A DNA stretch of 64,000 nucleotides from Oikopleura dioica (taxonomy: Eukaryota > Animalia > Chordata). The stretch is from contig OU015567.1 of the NCBI GenBank assembly GCA_907165135.1, positions 13,082,001-13,146,000 on the forward strand, read 5' to 3'. Under the pieces are notes generated by a model. The model searched no databases. It saw only the letters and a list, made by a program, of their open reading frames with translations, and was not told where the DNA came from. How positions within the stretch are numbered: the stretch's first letter is position 1; every line of letters begins with the position of its first letter. This document shows, in pieces, positions 34,575-46,828 of the stretch. The position numbers were made by a program, and so were the translations under genes.

Positions 34575-36734
34575 TTATTTTCTATGTGAGAGCAGTGAGG
34601 AGGCATGACATGAAAAATTACGAGCGGGATCCACGATTGTATCCCATTTTAAAAGAAGGTTGTTTTGATGGCTGGTGATTGTGGTGATGTTTTCGACGCT
34701 TAGGCATGGTCGAAACTGTGGAAGAATTATTCGATTGGACATCGTTGTAGATAGGTCCATTTCTAACTGGGCTTGATGGTACTGGTACTAAATTTACTCA
34801 TAAATAACCCTAGGACCTCTACCCTAATAACCTCCAGGACGTGTGCCTTGAAAATGTGAAAAGGTATTTGGAGGTCGTGATTGTCGTCTACCACGATTGA
34901 AACCTTGTGTTCCAGTTGGTCCTGATGATGAACAATTGTGTGATGAATCTTGTGAGTGAAACGTGGTAGATGAATGGCGATTCTGTTGATTAGTGTCCAA
35001 GGTTCGAGTTTCATATCTGACTGTCGGACTGTTGCGATTGATTCTCTGATTAAAGCCTGATGTTGATGGCGCGTCTGATCCGACAGAGGATGAAGTGCTT
35101 GGTCTTGGATCCTCGTCCCAAGAAGAGTACCTCTTTTTCGGTCTTGGGGTTGGATTCCTTTGCCTTTCTTCTTTTTTCTTTTCCCAAAATGCGATCTGGC
35201 TTGCTGTTGGAGGTCTCCATTCGCGCTCTTTACGCAACCGCTTTCTTTCCTCTTTTTGTTTCTTCTCTCGCTCTCTTTCTTGCTCTCTGATGCGACAGCT
35301 GAATCTACTCATATTCATGAGATTCAAAATCGGTCCATCTTCTTGTCCAAATTCTAGTTCTTCATTCGTGCGATCTGCAACAAACTCGACGTCGGAGTTA
35401 TCCGAGTAAGGATTTGGTGAGTTTCCGTTCGATGAACTTCCCTTGCTCTCTATTTCTCTTTTTACTAAAGAACCTTCATTTTCGCCTCCACATCCGCTCG
35501 CAGTGGATCTTCCGGGATTATTGCTAGCTTCTGTTGTCGAAGAAGTCGCATTCCAGCCCCAAGAATTCGATATTCCAGCCTCAAAGATAGACCTAGATTC
35601 ACCCCATTTTGGAGGTGATTGCTGGCGCACTCTGTTTCGATTTCTGTTATGCCAGGCATAGTCTTCGAATCCCCAGCCCGAAGAAGGCGGACGAGATGGT
35701 TGGACCTCAGGATACTTTGGCTTCTCAGTTTCATTTTTCCAGATCTGCTTCTGTATCTTCCAGTCTGCTGTTTTCCAAGCGTTGCAATGAGGAGCATCTG
35801 TTGCTGACCAAGACTCGCAGTCTTTTGAAGCTTTATCGCAAATAAAGCAAAAACACTTCTCGCAAAAGGACTCGTTCGCTTCAATCGCTTGCTCATAGGG
35901 CTGAAGCTTGGTGAACTTATTTTTCGGGCAATCTGATCGATGATGAGAAAGTATGTCACCTTGCTTTTCTCCAGTTATCTCTAAAACCCACGTCAAGAAC
36001 TTTTTTCGACAAAAAACATACCGAAGTCTTCATCGTCGTTTTCATTATCATCCTCAACTGGTTTTAGTTCAGGCTCCTTGACAGTCACTTCTTGTACTTC
36101 TGAATCAAAGTCCTCAAGCACAATAACTTCGCCTTTGACAGAAGGAGTTGTGATTTGCCGCAAGTGATTGGAAGGAAAGCTTTCGAATGAATCACCGATC
36201 ACAATGACTTCTTGATTCTCTCTTTTTTGTTGGGGTCGACGGCGCGGATCTGTTGGCTTGTTGAATACTTGATCGCGGCTACTTAAAGTCGGAGCCTCCC
36301 TGATATTCGCATTTTCCAGGATCTTTTTCGCTTGTTCCAAGGCATCGTCGATAGATTCTCCTTGAAGAGAGGCGATCGACCTCCATGGCACTCCTGTATA
36401 TCTTGCTGCTCTCTCCTCAACTTGATTGCTTGGTGTTGGCAGAGCCATCAACGCATTCAAGGAGCTTGGCTCTGTTTCTGTTGAGTTAATCGAAATGATC
36501 TCCTGGCAGTTTTCTTTCGTCTCTGAATGAGCTTGTGGGATCTCGTATTTTGGAATATCTGCGATTAGTTGATCCAAGTCGGCTTCCTATAAATATAAGT
36601 GAATACTCATGAAAAAGATTGACTTGTCATCTTACATCATCAGAGGCAAACTCCAGATCAGGCGGTAAACTTGAGTCAGAGACCTCGCTCTGGTTATCAA
36701 CCTCCTCAAACTCATTCATCATTTCATCCGACAT
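34575..36734 (-). CDS. Protein with HxRxDCP / CxxCxCxxCD / CxxW / HCxA Cys-His module (RIN13 / zgc:112980-like); 3' end approximate
   Basis: SHHRSDCP...FCEKCFCFICDKASKDCESW...HCNAW, flanked by acidic and disordered regions. The intron at ~35970-36010 joins the ORFs. Confidence 0.65.
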
Positions 36735-36855
36735 CGAAAAATCTAAACGATGAAAAAATTAACAGTCTTTTATCTAATTTACATTTATTATCTCAATTTA
36801 GAGATTCAGAAGATTGCACAGACAGAATAACTTGAACAAAAATATGAAATAACTC

Positions 36856-37778
36856 CTAAAGGTTTTGGACTAAAATCTCGGCAGCACGAGAAATGTCCCC
36901 TCTCGTGTTGATAAGAGCTGCCTTTGCACGATCCTCAGGAAATCCCATAGCGACTAGGCTTTCGATTGCCTCGCGACTTGGAACAACTGAATAATGATTT
37001 TGAAGATGAACATAGAAGAAGAAAATTTTACATTGAGGAGGTTGTTGCTGTCTTCTGACTTGCGGCCGAGCTGCGGTTGGTGGCCCAGCTCGAAACCTCG
37101 CCATTTGGGCTTGAATCAGTCTCTGTTCTTCTTCATCTAGCCTAATTTTCTGCTGTATTTTTAGTGTCGCTCCGATGGGGTCTTTCACGGCTTCTTTTTC
37201 TTCCGAGAACGATCCGATGCTTCCATCCCAGCTAAACAGAGTCATTCCCATCACGAAGCCAAATGCAGCACTCTTTGGATTTCCTGAAAATCGAAAGATA
37301 TAAAAACTATGTCAGAAGGTTTCAAACCTTGAGCAAGACTAGCGAGAAACATGTACGTCATGCATTTTTCCGACAAAGACAGTTTCGAAAAGATATGAAG
37401 CTTTCTCTTAGGCGCGCAATATGCGATGAAAATGGGCGTGTATGAAGCCATAAGTGCGATTGGAAGAGTTATTCCGAGTCCAAGAGACCATGAGCTCCTA
37501 AAAATTGTTAGATTCATAATTGAGTCGAAGAAATACATGATCAAGGCAGAAGTGACGATGTTTCTAGCGAGGAGTTGCTCAGAGCCAATAATTCTCTCCA
37601 CCGAAGCATAATGATAACTCAAGTATCCGAAAGGGACGAGCTCATGTGATCCTTTTAGGAGCAAATTTGAAAATACTCCGAGCAGTTTCTCCGCATTATT
37701 TCCGAGTTGAAATCCGACGAGGCTCGAAAGCCCGATCCCTATCAAAACCGACCTCGTAACGGGAGCTCCTTCCAGCAT
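36856..37778 (-). CDS. UBAC2: UBA domain-containing rhomboid-like protein 2
   Basis: APVTRSVL N-terminus, ERIIGS, DPIGATLKIQQ, C-terminal UBA LVAMGFPEDRAKAAL. Confidence 0.85.
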
Positions 37779-37944
37779 CTTAATCAATTTGAATAATTTT
37801 TAGAAAACAAAATGCTGACAAGTTTTGAAGCTGATATCGTGAACAGAATTTGGTAGAACAAGTTTTAAAAATACGCACTACGGATATATATTTACAGTGA
37901 ACGTTATAATTTGACTTGATCGTAAAAAAGGGGCATTTTCTTTA

Positions 37945-39176
37945 CTACTTAGAATCGTTTAATTTAGAAAGAAATTTTGCTCGAGCAAATTGTAACAAGG
38001 CTTCTTTACGCTCTTCGAGGCTCATGTGCGACTTGATGGGATTTGAGCCGTCTTTTAGGCTCTCGGCAACGAGATCTGTCTTGATTTCTGACAATTTTGG
38101 GATCGCTTTCCGTACAGGCTTTGCTTTTGGTGGTGCGTTGGGGATCTTGCCGTTGAGAATGTTTTGAATGGTGAGATCGATACTGTTGGTCTGGCTCAAA
38201 TCACGGATGGTCGCTGCTCGGTCAATTTCCGGAAACACTTGAAAAGATTTAACTTCAAGTGAGAAACCACGGCTTCTGACCTTCTAAGATAGAATTTAGT
38301 TTGGCAAGCAACTCAGCAGAAAGTGTAATTTGCGGCTGCTGAACGACTGGAGGCTGTCTTCGAACAACTGTTCTTCGAAAAAGTTGTGTGGCGGACGGCT
38401 GGGAGCGCGACTTCTCCATAATTTCTTGCAAATGGTCTGTGATGGATTTTTCTGCGGGGATTTCTATGTTCAGAAACTTTGAAAACAGCGCTGGGATTTT
38501 GTTTGATTACCTGAAAGCTTTACGGGCATTAAATATCTGCTATCAAGGACCATCAGCGGCGACGCTAGAATTTTCACGGCCGTCAAGACAAATCCATCAT
38601 CTTTATTTATTGAAATTGGCGAAATCATGTAGTGAGAAGTGGTGATAGGCTAGAAATGAAATAAGATGAAATGATGAATGATGGGAAGATACCTGGACAG
38701 TTTGCTGCGCAGGAATATTTTTAAAATGACTTGAATCTTCGAAAACAAATCGTTTTGAACCCTGTAAGTCTGCGCCTCCGACTGATATATTGCAAATTCG
38801 TCTGAGAAAATATCCTCTCCACGAGCTTGGAGAGATGATAGCTTTTATTTTGGAAGTGATGGCTAGGATAAACTCATCGCAGGAGGTCGTTCGATTGATT
38901 GGAAAATACGTGGCTAAGAAAAGTTTTAATCAGTACAAGAAAAGTCACAAACCTCCGCTAATGTCACCGGAAGAGGTTAAAAATACACCGCAGCTGATCA
39001 TATACAACTTTGACAAATTGACGGTTACTTCGTCTGTAACTCCATAAGTAGCGCAGAGCAATGCACGCATCACAAACAAAACGAGTAAAAGTGCAAGACG
39101 AAGTATGAGCAACGCAAGCCCGAGTGGCGCGTACGCTATTAGAAGTAACATATTTAACAATCTGAAACTTAGCCAT
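37945..39176 (-). CDS. AUP1: AUP1 lipid-droplet/ERAD factor
   Basis: LLLIAYAPLGLALLILRL hairpin, CUE-like FPEIDRAATIRDLSQTNSIDLTI, G2BR SLEERKEALLQFARAKF. Confidence 0.88.
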
Positions 39177-39220
39177 GTTAGAAACAAGAAGTCATTCTTT
39201 GCGTTTTATTTATTTTTTTT

Positions 39221-41928
39221 TTACAGGGCAGCGATTATTTCAGAAAGTTTTTCGATATTCTTATGGTACGTTTGGATCTTCTTCAATTCTGCCTTCAGCG
39301 CGCTGCATTTCTTCATCTGTTCTAAAGGAATATTTTAAAAGCTTTAGATTTTCACTGATTCTATACCTTTTATGCTTTTTTCTTGGATCATTTCATCAAT
39401 AAGAAGAACAAACTCTTCCATCCCTTGTTTATCACTCGCTTGTTCCTTGACAACCGTCACAAAAACCATCAGCCCGTTGACTTTCTTTTCCGTCGATGAA
39501 GGGTTCAATATCTTCGCACACGCAGCTTCCCCGCATGAAGCTATTGAAGTCAGCGCCATAAAACACGCTCGAACAACTAAAAATGTCCAAATTAATGTCC
39601 CTTCTTCGTGCGAATTTTCAAACCTTTCACATCTTTTTTATGCAACTGAAGGGCCAAAAAGATCCCAGGAACAGCTGACTCTAGGATCTGTTTTTCGCAC
39701 GCATCTTCCAGCGACAACGCCCAGTAAAGTGAAACGACTTCTGCAGTAACCAAAGCATCAGACTTGAATTTACTTGCTCCGTCGAAAACATCCTGAAAAA
39801 ATCATTCAAGTTCAATTTTCAGTTTTTTTAAAGAATCGTACCGGAAGAACATTTTCTTGGGAAGCGAGCTCTGCGTTTGATTCGTTTACACAAGCCGACC
39901 ATAATGCCTTCACACAGTTTTTGAATACTTCCTTCTCTAATTAATCGACAATAGAAGGAAATTCTACATGAAGTTGGACTGTACCTGATTTGTACTTTTT
40001 GATGAAGAGGCAAATCTCATGAATGAATCCTAATGACCCAATAGTTGCAATCGACTTTTCCGAGTTGAGCTGTGACAGGATAATCATCGACTCGTTAACG
40101 ACATCTTTACATTTTGACGTGCGCACAATACTGTACAAAGGTCGTAGTAGTTCTGAAGTGACGCAGCCAAATTGGAGCAATTTCAGGCACTGAATCACGA
40201 TCGCGTCGTTTTCTTTGTGACTAAGCATGGTGAGCAGAAGTGGTCGGGAGTACTGAGTCAGTTTCTCGCTCTTTGTGAAGAAAGAAATGCGTGGAAGAAT
40301 CGCTGTAGCTGCCGAGGAGGATTTGTAGTATTTCTCAAGATATGCCATCGAATCTTTGAGGTTGAGGTCTGCTTTTGGAGCGGGTATTTTCGCATTTGTT
40401 TCTGTCTTGTCACTGGTAGCTGATGAAGAGATTCCTGAAGATTTGAGAGCAGCAGCGCCAAAGGGGGATTTGCAAAGATCCTGTCATTCGGTATACAAAT
40501 CGAAATAATAAACATACATTTTTTCTACAATTATCTAAAATACTTTCGACAACCGCATTCCTGAGCATTTGGTCTTTGATGGAAGTTCCTGGTAAGACAG
40601 GCTTTGAGAACATCAGCGAGCTCTTTTGAATAAATTTGCTTAACTTTGGCGAGCACTTTCGTCAGAGAATTGTCTTCCTTTTTGATTTCAAACAATAGCT
40701 CGCGCACTTCTTTTTGGTCAAGAATGGAACAAGTAACCATTTCCAGCAGAATACAGCCAAAGGACCAGATGTCCGAGCGATCGTCGTAGGGCCTTTCAAA
40801 GACTTCTGGCGCCATCCAGTTTACAGAACCCACTGTTGTTCTCGTCTTCGTTCGTTTATCGTCCATGAGGGTGGCTACGCCAAAGTCGCCAATAGCGAGA
40901 GTCAGGTCGTTGCGGAGAAAGATGTTGGATGGCTTCAAATCGCGATGAATTATGTTCTTGGCATGAATGTACGCCAGTCCAGAGAGCATCTGTCCAGTCC
41001 ACTTTTGGAGAATGGGCAATTCAATCAGTTGTTTCTTTCCTCGCCGATTTGTTAAAATTCTGCTTAGATCGCCCTTTGGGTAGTTTTCCATGATGATGCA
41101 AACGTACATGGCGGAAGTTTTCTTGTCCCAAAAGACGAAGAATTCTTTGTATCCGCATACTGACTGGTGGCGGAGTTCGTTAAGGGCCATCGCTTCCTAC
41201 AGTAAACATTTTGACTTATTTATTGTACTCTCAGGAGCCTTAGCTACAGATGCTTCTCCTCTATGATATCGAATCGTTTCTATAACGAACCTGAAAGGCC
41301 TTTCGAGCAGCTCCTTCATCGTCGCACTCAATCTTCTTCAGGACATATTCTTTCCCTTCTGCTTTGTGTTTGACCAGGTAGCATGATGCTAAATAAAGTA
41401 ATTTCTTGAGAAAGTAGATGTCACGCCAAATAAAACGTAATTCACACACGATGAAACATTGGGTATCGATTGGTATTTGGTTTAACATCAATGATGTAAA
41501 CCGCACCTGCGTTTCTTCAGGTGTATTTCCAAAGAAGGGCAGTAAATGAACTTGTAAATCCAGTCAAGTAGGAATTTCAAAGGCCTTTACTTAGCAACTT
41601 CAATATCCATGTCTTTAGAAAAAGGTTTACGTCTTTTTTGATGATTGAAATCAAAAACATATGGCCAGAACGATCATGGTTCTACCAAGAATGGTAGACT
41701 TCCACTGACTTGTATGAAAGTAAGAACGAAAATCTCTCTATCACGAAACAGCTGATATCCGTTCATTCTTTCTATAAAAGGGCGAAGTACAAGAAGGAAA
41801 ATGTAGCATCAAAAGGGAAATTTTTAAAGGGTTCATTTCTAGCATAAAATTTCGATCGCCAGAGCTTTTTATGGGTTCTTACCTTGAGCTCCTTTTCCAA
41901 GCTTTTTTATCTCTTCATATTTCTCCAT
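39221..41928 (-). CDS. STKLD1: STKLD1-like Ser/Thr kinase with helical (ARM-like) C-terminus
   Basis: MEKYEEIKKLGKGAQA, YVLKKIECDDE, KEFFVFWD..YVCIIME, HRDLKPSN, DFG, WMAPE. Assignment of the exons at 39221-40350 to this gene is inferred. Confidence 0.75.
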
Positions 41929-42573
41929 GTTGGTTGTATCAGTTTGAGGAGACTCACTAGAATGGAGGCAGCAGTATTTGAGCGCTGTATATTTGCTCAC
42001 AACTCAGAATAGAAGTCAGCCATAAAGCCAGATCAACGGCGCATTGCGACAAAGACGACATATTGCGAACAATGAGATATAAAACTGGTTATTCTTCCTG
42101 TTCTGTAATCTCACAGGACTTTGTTGTTTCTGGCACTGAGACATATTGACACACAATCATCGCTGGAATCTATTCGAGTTCATCCATAAAAAAGGTTGAA
42201 AAGCGCATTTTCGTAGTGATGAAGTTTCGTTTTCGCATGAAGTTGGATATTTTTCTGTTTCGTCGATTTTTTAATAGATAAAAGCTTCTGCAGCAGCCAC
42301 ACATTCAATTTTTGACGATCCATCGAATGAAAAAAACGAAAAACTTGAGTTTTAAGTCCGGCTGCCGCAAATGTTCAAGTGCACGTCTATCAATCTCTCA
42401 TTGCTCTTTACTTTTCTGGACAGGTGCATTTCTCAGGGCCTTCTTACAGTAACTGTAGCAGTTTCTGATTTATTGGGGGAGGGTACCGAAGCGGAGAATA
42501 TGGTGCGCGTCGGAGCGCGATTGTGATTGGCCGAAAGAGAGGGAGAAACCAGAAATAGCGAAAAAGACGGAAA

Positions 42574-43280
42574 ATGTTCGGTTTTGGAGATGATGCCAAC
42601 TATACTTATCAAATACGCCCAAAGTACGTTTTCAGGGTTCTTTTCTTTTTTGAGAAAACTTGATGACTTCGTGTATTTCACATTTTGAATTGATCCAATA
42701 ATTGGATTCCAATTAGAATTTTTATTAAAATTTCTAATTAAAAATTGGACTAGAAAGCCATTTCGTCTAAAAATTTATAAAAATATCTCTAGATAAATAC
42801 TTTTATCTTTACCGTAAACAACGAAGTAATTATATAATTCTAGCCCTGACGAAAAATTCAACAAAGCAGCTGTAAAGCGAGTTATTGACGATGTTCTATC
42901 CGAGAATTTCGATGGAGTCGATTTCAACGGAACGGCTCCACTTCGTTTTTTAGCATTTTCAGAAAAACTTTCAAACTGAAGAGCCCAAAAATAAGATACG
43001 CTCGACGAGCTCAATCAAAAAGTAACAAACGAGATTTTGGAAAAAGTTCAAGCTCTTGGAATGTCGCAGCGATATAAATTCATTGTCGACGCCAAAGTTG
43101 GCGAGCTTCGTGGACAGGTTAATTCACGCTGTTCGAAATAGAGTTAAATGAATGGTTCAGGGAGTGACTTGTGGAATGCGAGCGATTTGGGATTCGGACT
43201 CGGACAAATCTGCCCACAGCCAGTTCAAAAACGAGCAGTTCTTCTGCTCCGTCATTGTTTTTGGCATTTATTTCAACTAA
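42574..43280 (+). CDS. Tctex1-domain dynein light chain (DYNLT2B/TCTEX1D2-like)
   Basis: YTYQIRP..F, RYKFIV, GELRGQGV, WDSDSD, FCSVIVFGIYFN*. Confidence 0.88.
42930..42995 (+). other. Putative GA-AG intron
   Basis: GAACGG...AATAAG (66 nt). Removal restores VDFN-D-TLDELNQ. A weak GT donor alternative exists. Confidence 0.45.
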
Positions 43281-43413
43281 GAAAGAAGCTGCAGAGAGAG
43301 CTCAAGAACAACACCTATCTAATTCTGTAGACTCTTTTTTTATTTTATAACGCTACTAAATATATTTTTCTACATATCCTTCAAAATCAACGTAATCTGT
43401 TCTCTCCCCTAGA

Positions 43414-44345
43414 ATGACTGAAGAACAACCAAAGAAATCGGCAGCGCAGATTCGCGCTGAAAAACGAAGACAACGAATTCTAGGGCGGGGAGCTGCGGGA
43501 GCAGCTCAGATTTCCGGCGATAGAATTGCACCTGGCCTCGATTTTCCGCAACCTGGAAATGACAAGGCTGGGGTCGGAAATGAAGAATTCGAAAAGCAAA
43601 TCGAAAAGATCATGGCAAATGCGCCTAATAACGGAGGAAAGCGAAACTTGACGACTTCTCAAAATCCCCTGGTAAATAAAAAACTTTTCTATAACGAGGT
43701 CACTTTTAACGGCTCCTGGGGCTATTACGTCCCAATTCAGCCCCTCCTACAAACTCGTGTTGTTTAAAACTGGTTTTGTCTAGAATCATGAGTCGTTAAA
43801 TTACCGAGCACCATCGTGAACTTTTAAGAAAATATGCCGACTTTGATTTTAAGAGAGGCTCCAACGATTTACCGCGCAAAAATGCCGGTCCTCCGCCACT
43901 CAACCCGATTGCAAAAGTTTTTCTTTGCCTTTTGCTGAACATGGGCTGCTACTTTCTGAGAGTTAACTATGGCTACGCGCTGGGGACATCTGCGGTGATT
44001 CTAGCCACTCTGCACTTTCTGGGCTTCAATTCCATCTTTGCCCCGCCGGCCATGATCAACATGCTTTCTGGTCTGCTAAGGACAGCTGCTCTCGGAGCGT
44101 ACTTTTTCTACAGGTTTGTTTTTATGCCTTTTCTCTTCGATTATGTTTGTTTGTCAAGCATGTTCGAATACATCTTCCTTCATGGATTTTCCGTGTGCCT
44201 CATTCATCTCGTGGCGGCGAAGCTAAATGGAATCGATGCTGTTTTCAGCGATCCTGCCGAATCCATTCTCAAAAATCCAGCGGAAAAGTATCAAGAGCCG
44301 ATAGAGACGATTGACGAAGACTACAGTAACCCAACTGATTTTTAA
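43414..44345 (+). CDS. CAMLG: GET-pathway receptor CAML/Get2-like
   Basis: SAAQIRAEKRRQRIL N-terminal motif plus C-terminal TM helices. Confidence 0.7.
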
Positions 44346-44427
44346 TTTAATTGAAATATCTGCTAGACCTAATTTTTAAATCAACTGACAATCTATCAAT
44401 CCTGACATAAGATATTTTCAGACAAAA

Positions 44428-45992
44428 ATGAGTAGCAAAGTGTTCCGTAACCTTCGTCGTTGCATGAGCTACCAGCAAAATGCGGAGCTCCGTGAAAAGC
44501 ATCTTTTCCCCTGTATGACCGCGCACTTTGCTGAGCCTGTTTTGATTGAGCGAGGAGAGATGCAGGTACTTTCAAACCCCCTTTCTTTAGCCTTTACCTT
44601 TTCCTCAGTATTTATACGACCACACTGGCAAGAAATACCTCGATCTCTTCGCTGGCATCGTGACCGTCTCAGTCGGACACTGCCACCCGCGCGTCAACAA
44701 AGTCCTCAAAGAACAAATCGACCAGCTCTGGCACACGACACAAATCTACTGGTACCCACAAATCCATGAATACGCCAAGAAGCTGGCCGACAAGTTCCCC
44801 GACGGACTCGACCAAGTCTACTTTGTAAATTCTGGATCAGAAGCAAACGACTTGGCGATGATGTTGGCCAGATTGCACACCGGCAAATTTAACATTGTCG
44901 CGCTGCAAAACGCTTACCATGGCGCTTCTCCTTACGCAAGACAGGTTTGTTTTTCAGAATTGTTGTTAATTTCAACCTATCTTAGCTCACCTCCCATGGA
45001 TCCTGGAAGTACAACCTTCACGGCATTGGTGGAGTCCATCACGTTCCTCACCCATGTACTTACGCTGGCGACCATGGCGACAACTGCCAAGCTTATTTGA
45101 AGAATTTCAATGACGTTATCGACCTCAATATCGGTGACAACCTCGCTGGTTTTTGGGCTGAACCTATTCAAGGTACTATCAATCGATCGTTAACCATTTG
45201 ACAGGGTATTCAAGGCGTCGGTGGATCGAACATGTATCCAAAGGGCTACCTCAAGGGCGTTTATGAAAAGGTTCGATCAATGGGCGGCATTTGCGTTGCT
45301 GACGAAGTTCAAACTGGCTTCGGTCGCTGCGGAACGCACTACTGGGGATATGAAACCCACGATGTTGTTCCAGACATGGTTGTGATGGCCAAGGGAATTG
45401 GAAATGGATTCCCAATGGCTGCAGTTGTCACAACTAAAGAAATAGCTTCTAATATGTCCAAGGTACATTTTGATCAGAGAATTCGATGATGATTTTTAAG
45501 GCTCTTCACTTCAATACTTTCGGAGGCAACCCAATGGCTTGCCGAGTTGGTATGGAAGTGCTGGATGTCATCGACGATGAAAAGCTCCAAGAAAATAGCC
45601 ACGTTGTTGGAACATATTTCCTTGAAAGAATGAGAAAACTTATGGACAAATATGACTTTATCGGCGACGTCAGGGGAATGGTAAGTTTGCTCGAAGATGC
45701 ATATCTTGAACAGAATCTAGGGCCTTATGCTCGGCTTCGAAATGAGCGAGAACCGAGACCCGACGAAGCCTCTTGCCGCTGCCCAAGTCAACAAGATCTG
45801 GAATGAGTGCAAGGACCAGGGTGTTTTGTTCGGCAAGGGAGGCGCTTACGGACAAACTTTCCGGTCAGTGATCTCTTTCTTTCGCAGTAATGGAATGTCT
45901 GTTTTAGTGTGAAGCCGCCAATGTGCGTTAACAAAGAAGACATTGATTTTGCTGTCGACGTGTTTGACCATGCGTGTTCCAAGATTGAGTGA
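44428..45992 (+). CDS. AGXT2: Alanine-glyoxylate aminotransferase 2
   Basis: [44 protein letters not shown]-type motif ([14 protein letters not shown]), [23 protein letters not shown]. Confidence 0.95.
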
Positions 45993-46313
45993 AATTAATG
46001 TTTGCTACTGTCTGTTTTTCGAGATTGTCATTAACTATTGAGAATTGTCTCTCTATCCTACAGCCCTATTTATCTACTATTCTATTTTCATTCTTCGTTC
46101 ATGTCTGCTTTCGATGCTTTTGACACTTTTACACGTCTTTTATAAAGATTTTATAAAAACAGTTCACAAATTTGATGAATTTCTGGCTTCATTAAATTTT
46201 CTTCCTTGATTTCAACATCAAAAAGAATCAATCGCATTTGTATTCGCTCTAACAATTCTATACTTCTGTTTTCAAAGCAATAAAAATCGTTCAAGAAAAT
46301 GTTCTATGACTGT

Positions 46314-46691
46314 AACACTGTTTTTTTTAGGTTTACTCCCACTTTGTCCCAACCGCATTCAAAATCTTTAGTTGTAACCCCCATACTTCTATATATTTTC
46401 TGAAAGCCCAGACTCTGCTGCGTGTCCTCGTCTGGGTCTCGTGACCTTGGTGAGGTCACATGACCTCGAATGACTCATTCGAAGAGAGGGTATGCCCAAA
46501 ATGGCCTATTTTATGTGTAAAACCGTAAAAATTTTCCATGACTCTGGCCAAGGAACATCCATATATAATATTGTTTTAGAATCCCAAGATGACGAGGATC
46601 ATTTTACTATTGATCATAAGAGATTAACTCGTGCCCTGACGCGAATAAAGGGCGTCTGAAAAAGTGGGAGTAAACCTAAAAAAACAGTGTT
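46314..46691. mobile_element. MITE-like element with ~31-bp TIR
   Basis: AACACTGT(7-8)AGGTTTACTCCCACTTT at both ends, inverted; flanked by TGT/TGT. Confidence 0.75.
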
Positions 46692-46828
46692 TGTACTTCT
46701 TATGTCGCTATCTTATGTTTCTGACAGTGTTTCTTATGCTCTATTCACTTTCTTCGAAAAACTTTCACCAAAATATATTATATTTAATCTTCTGAAGTTG
46801 ATGGCTAATTTTTGTTTTGAAAGAAGTC

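Noticed and set aside
41960-42330. Short minus-strand coding-like stretch upstream of STKLD1
   Set aside because: It stops after ~50 codons with no convincing splice chain.
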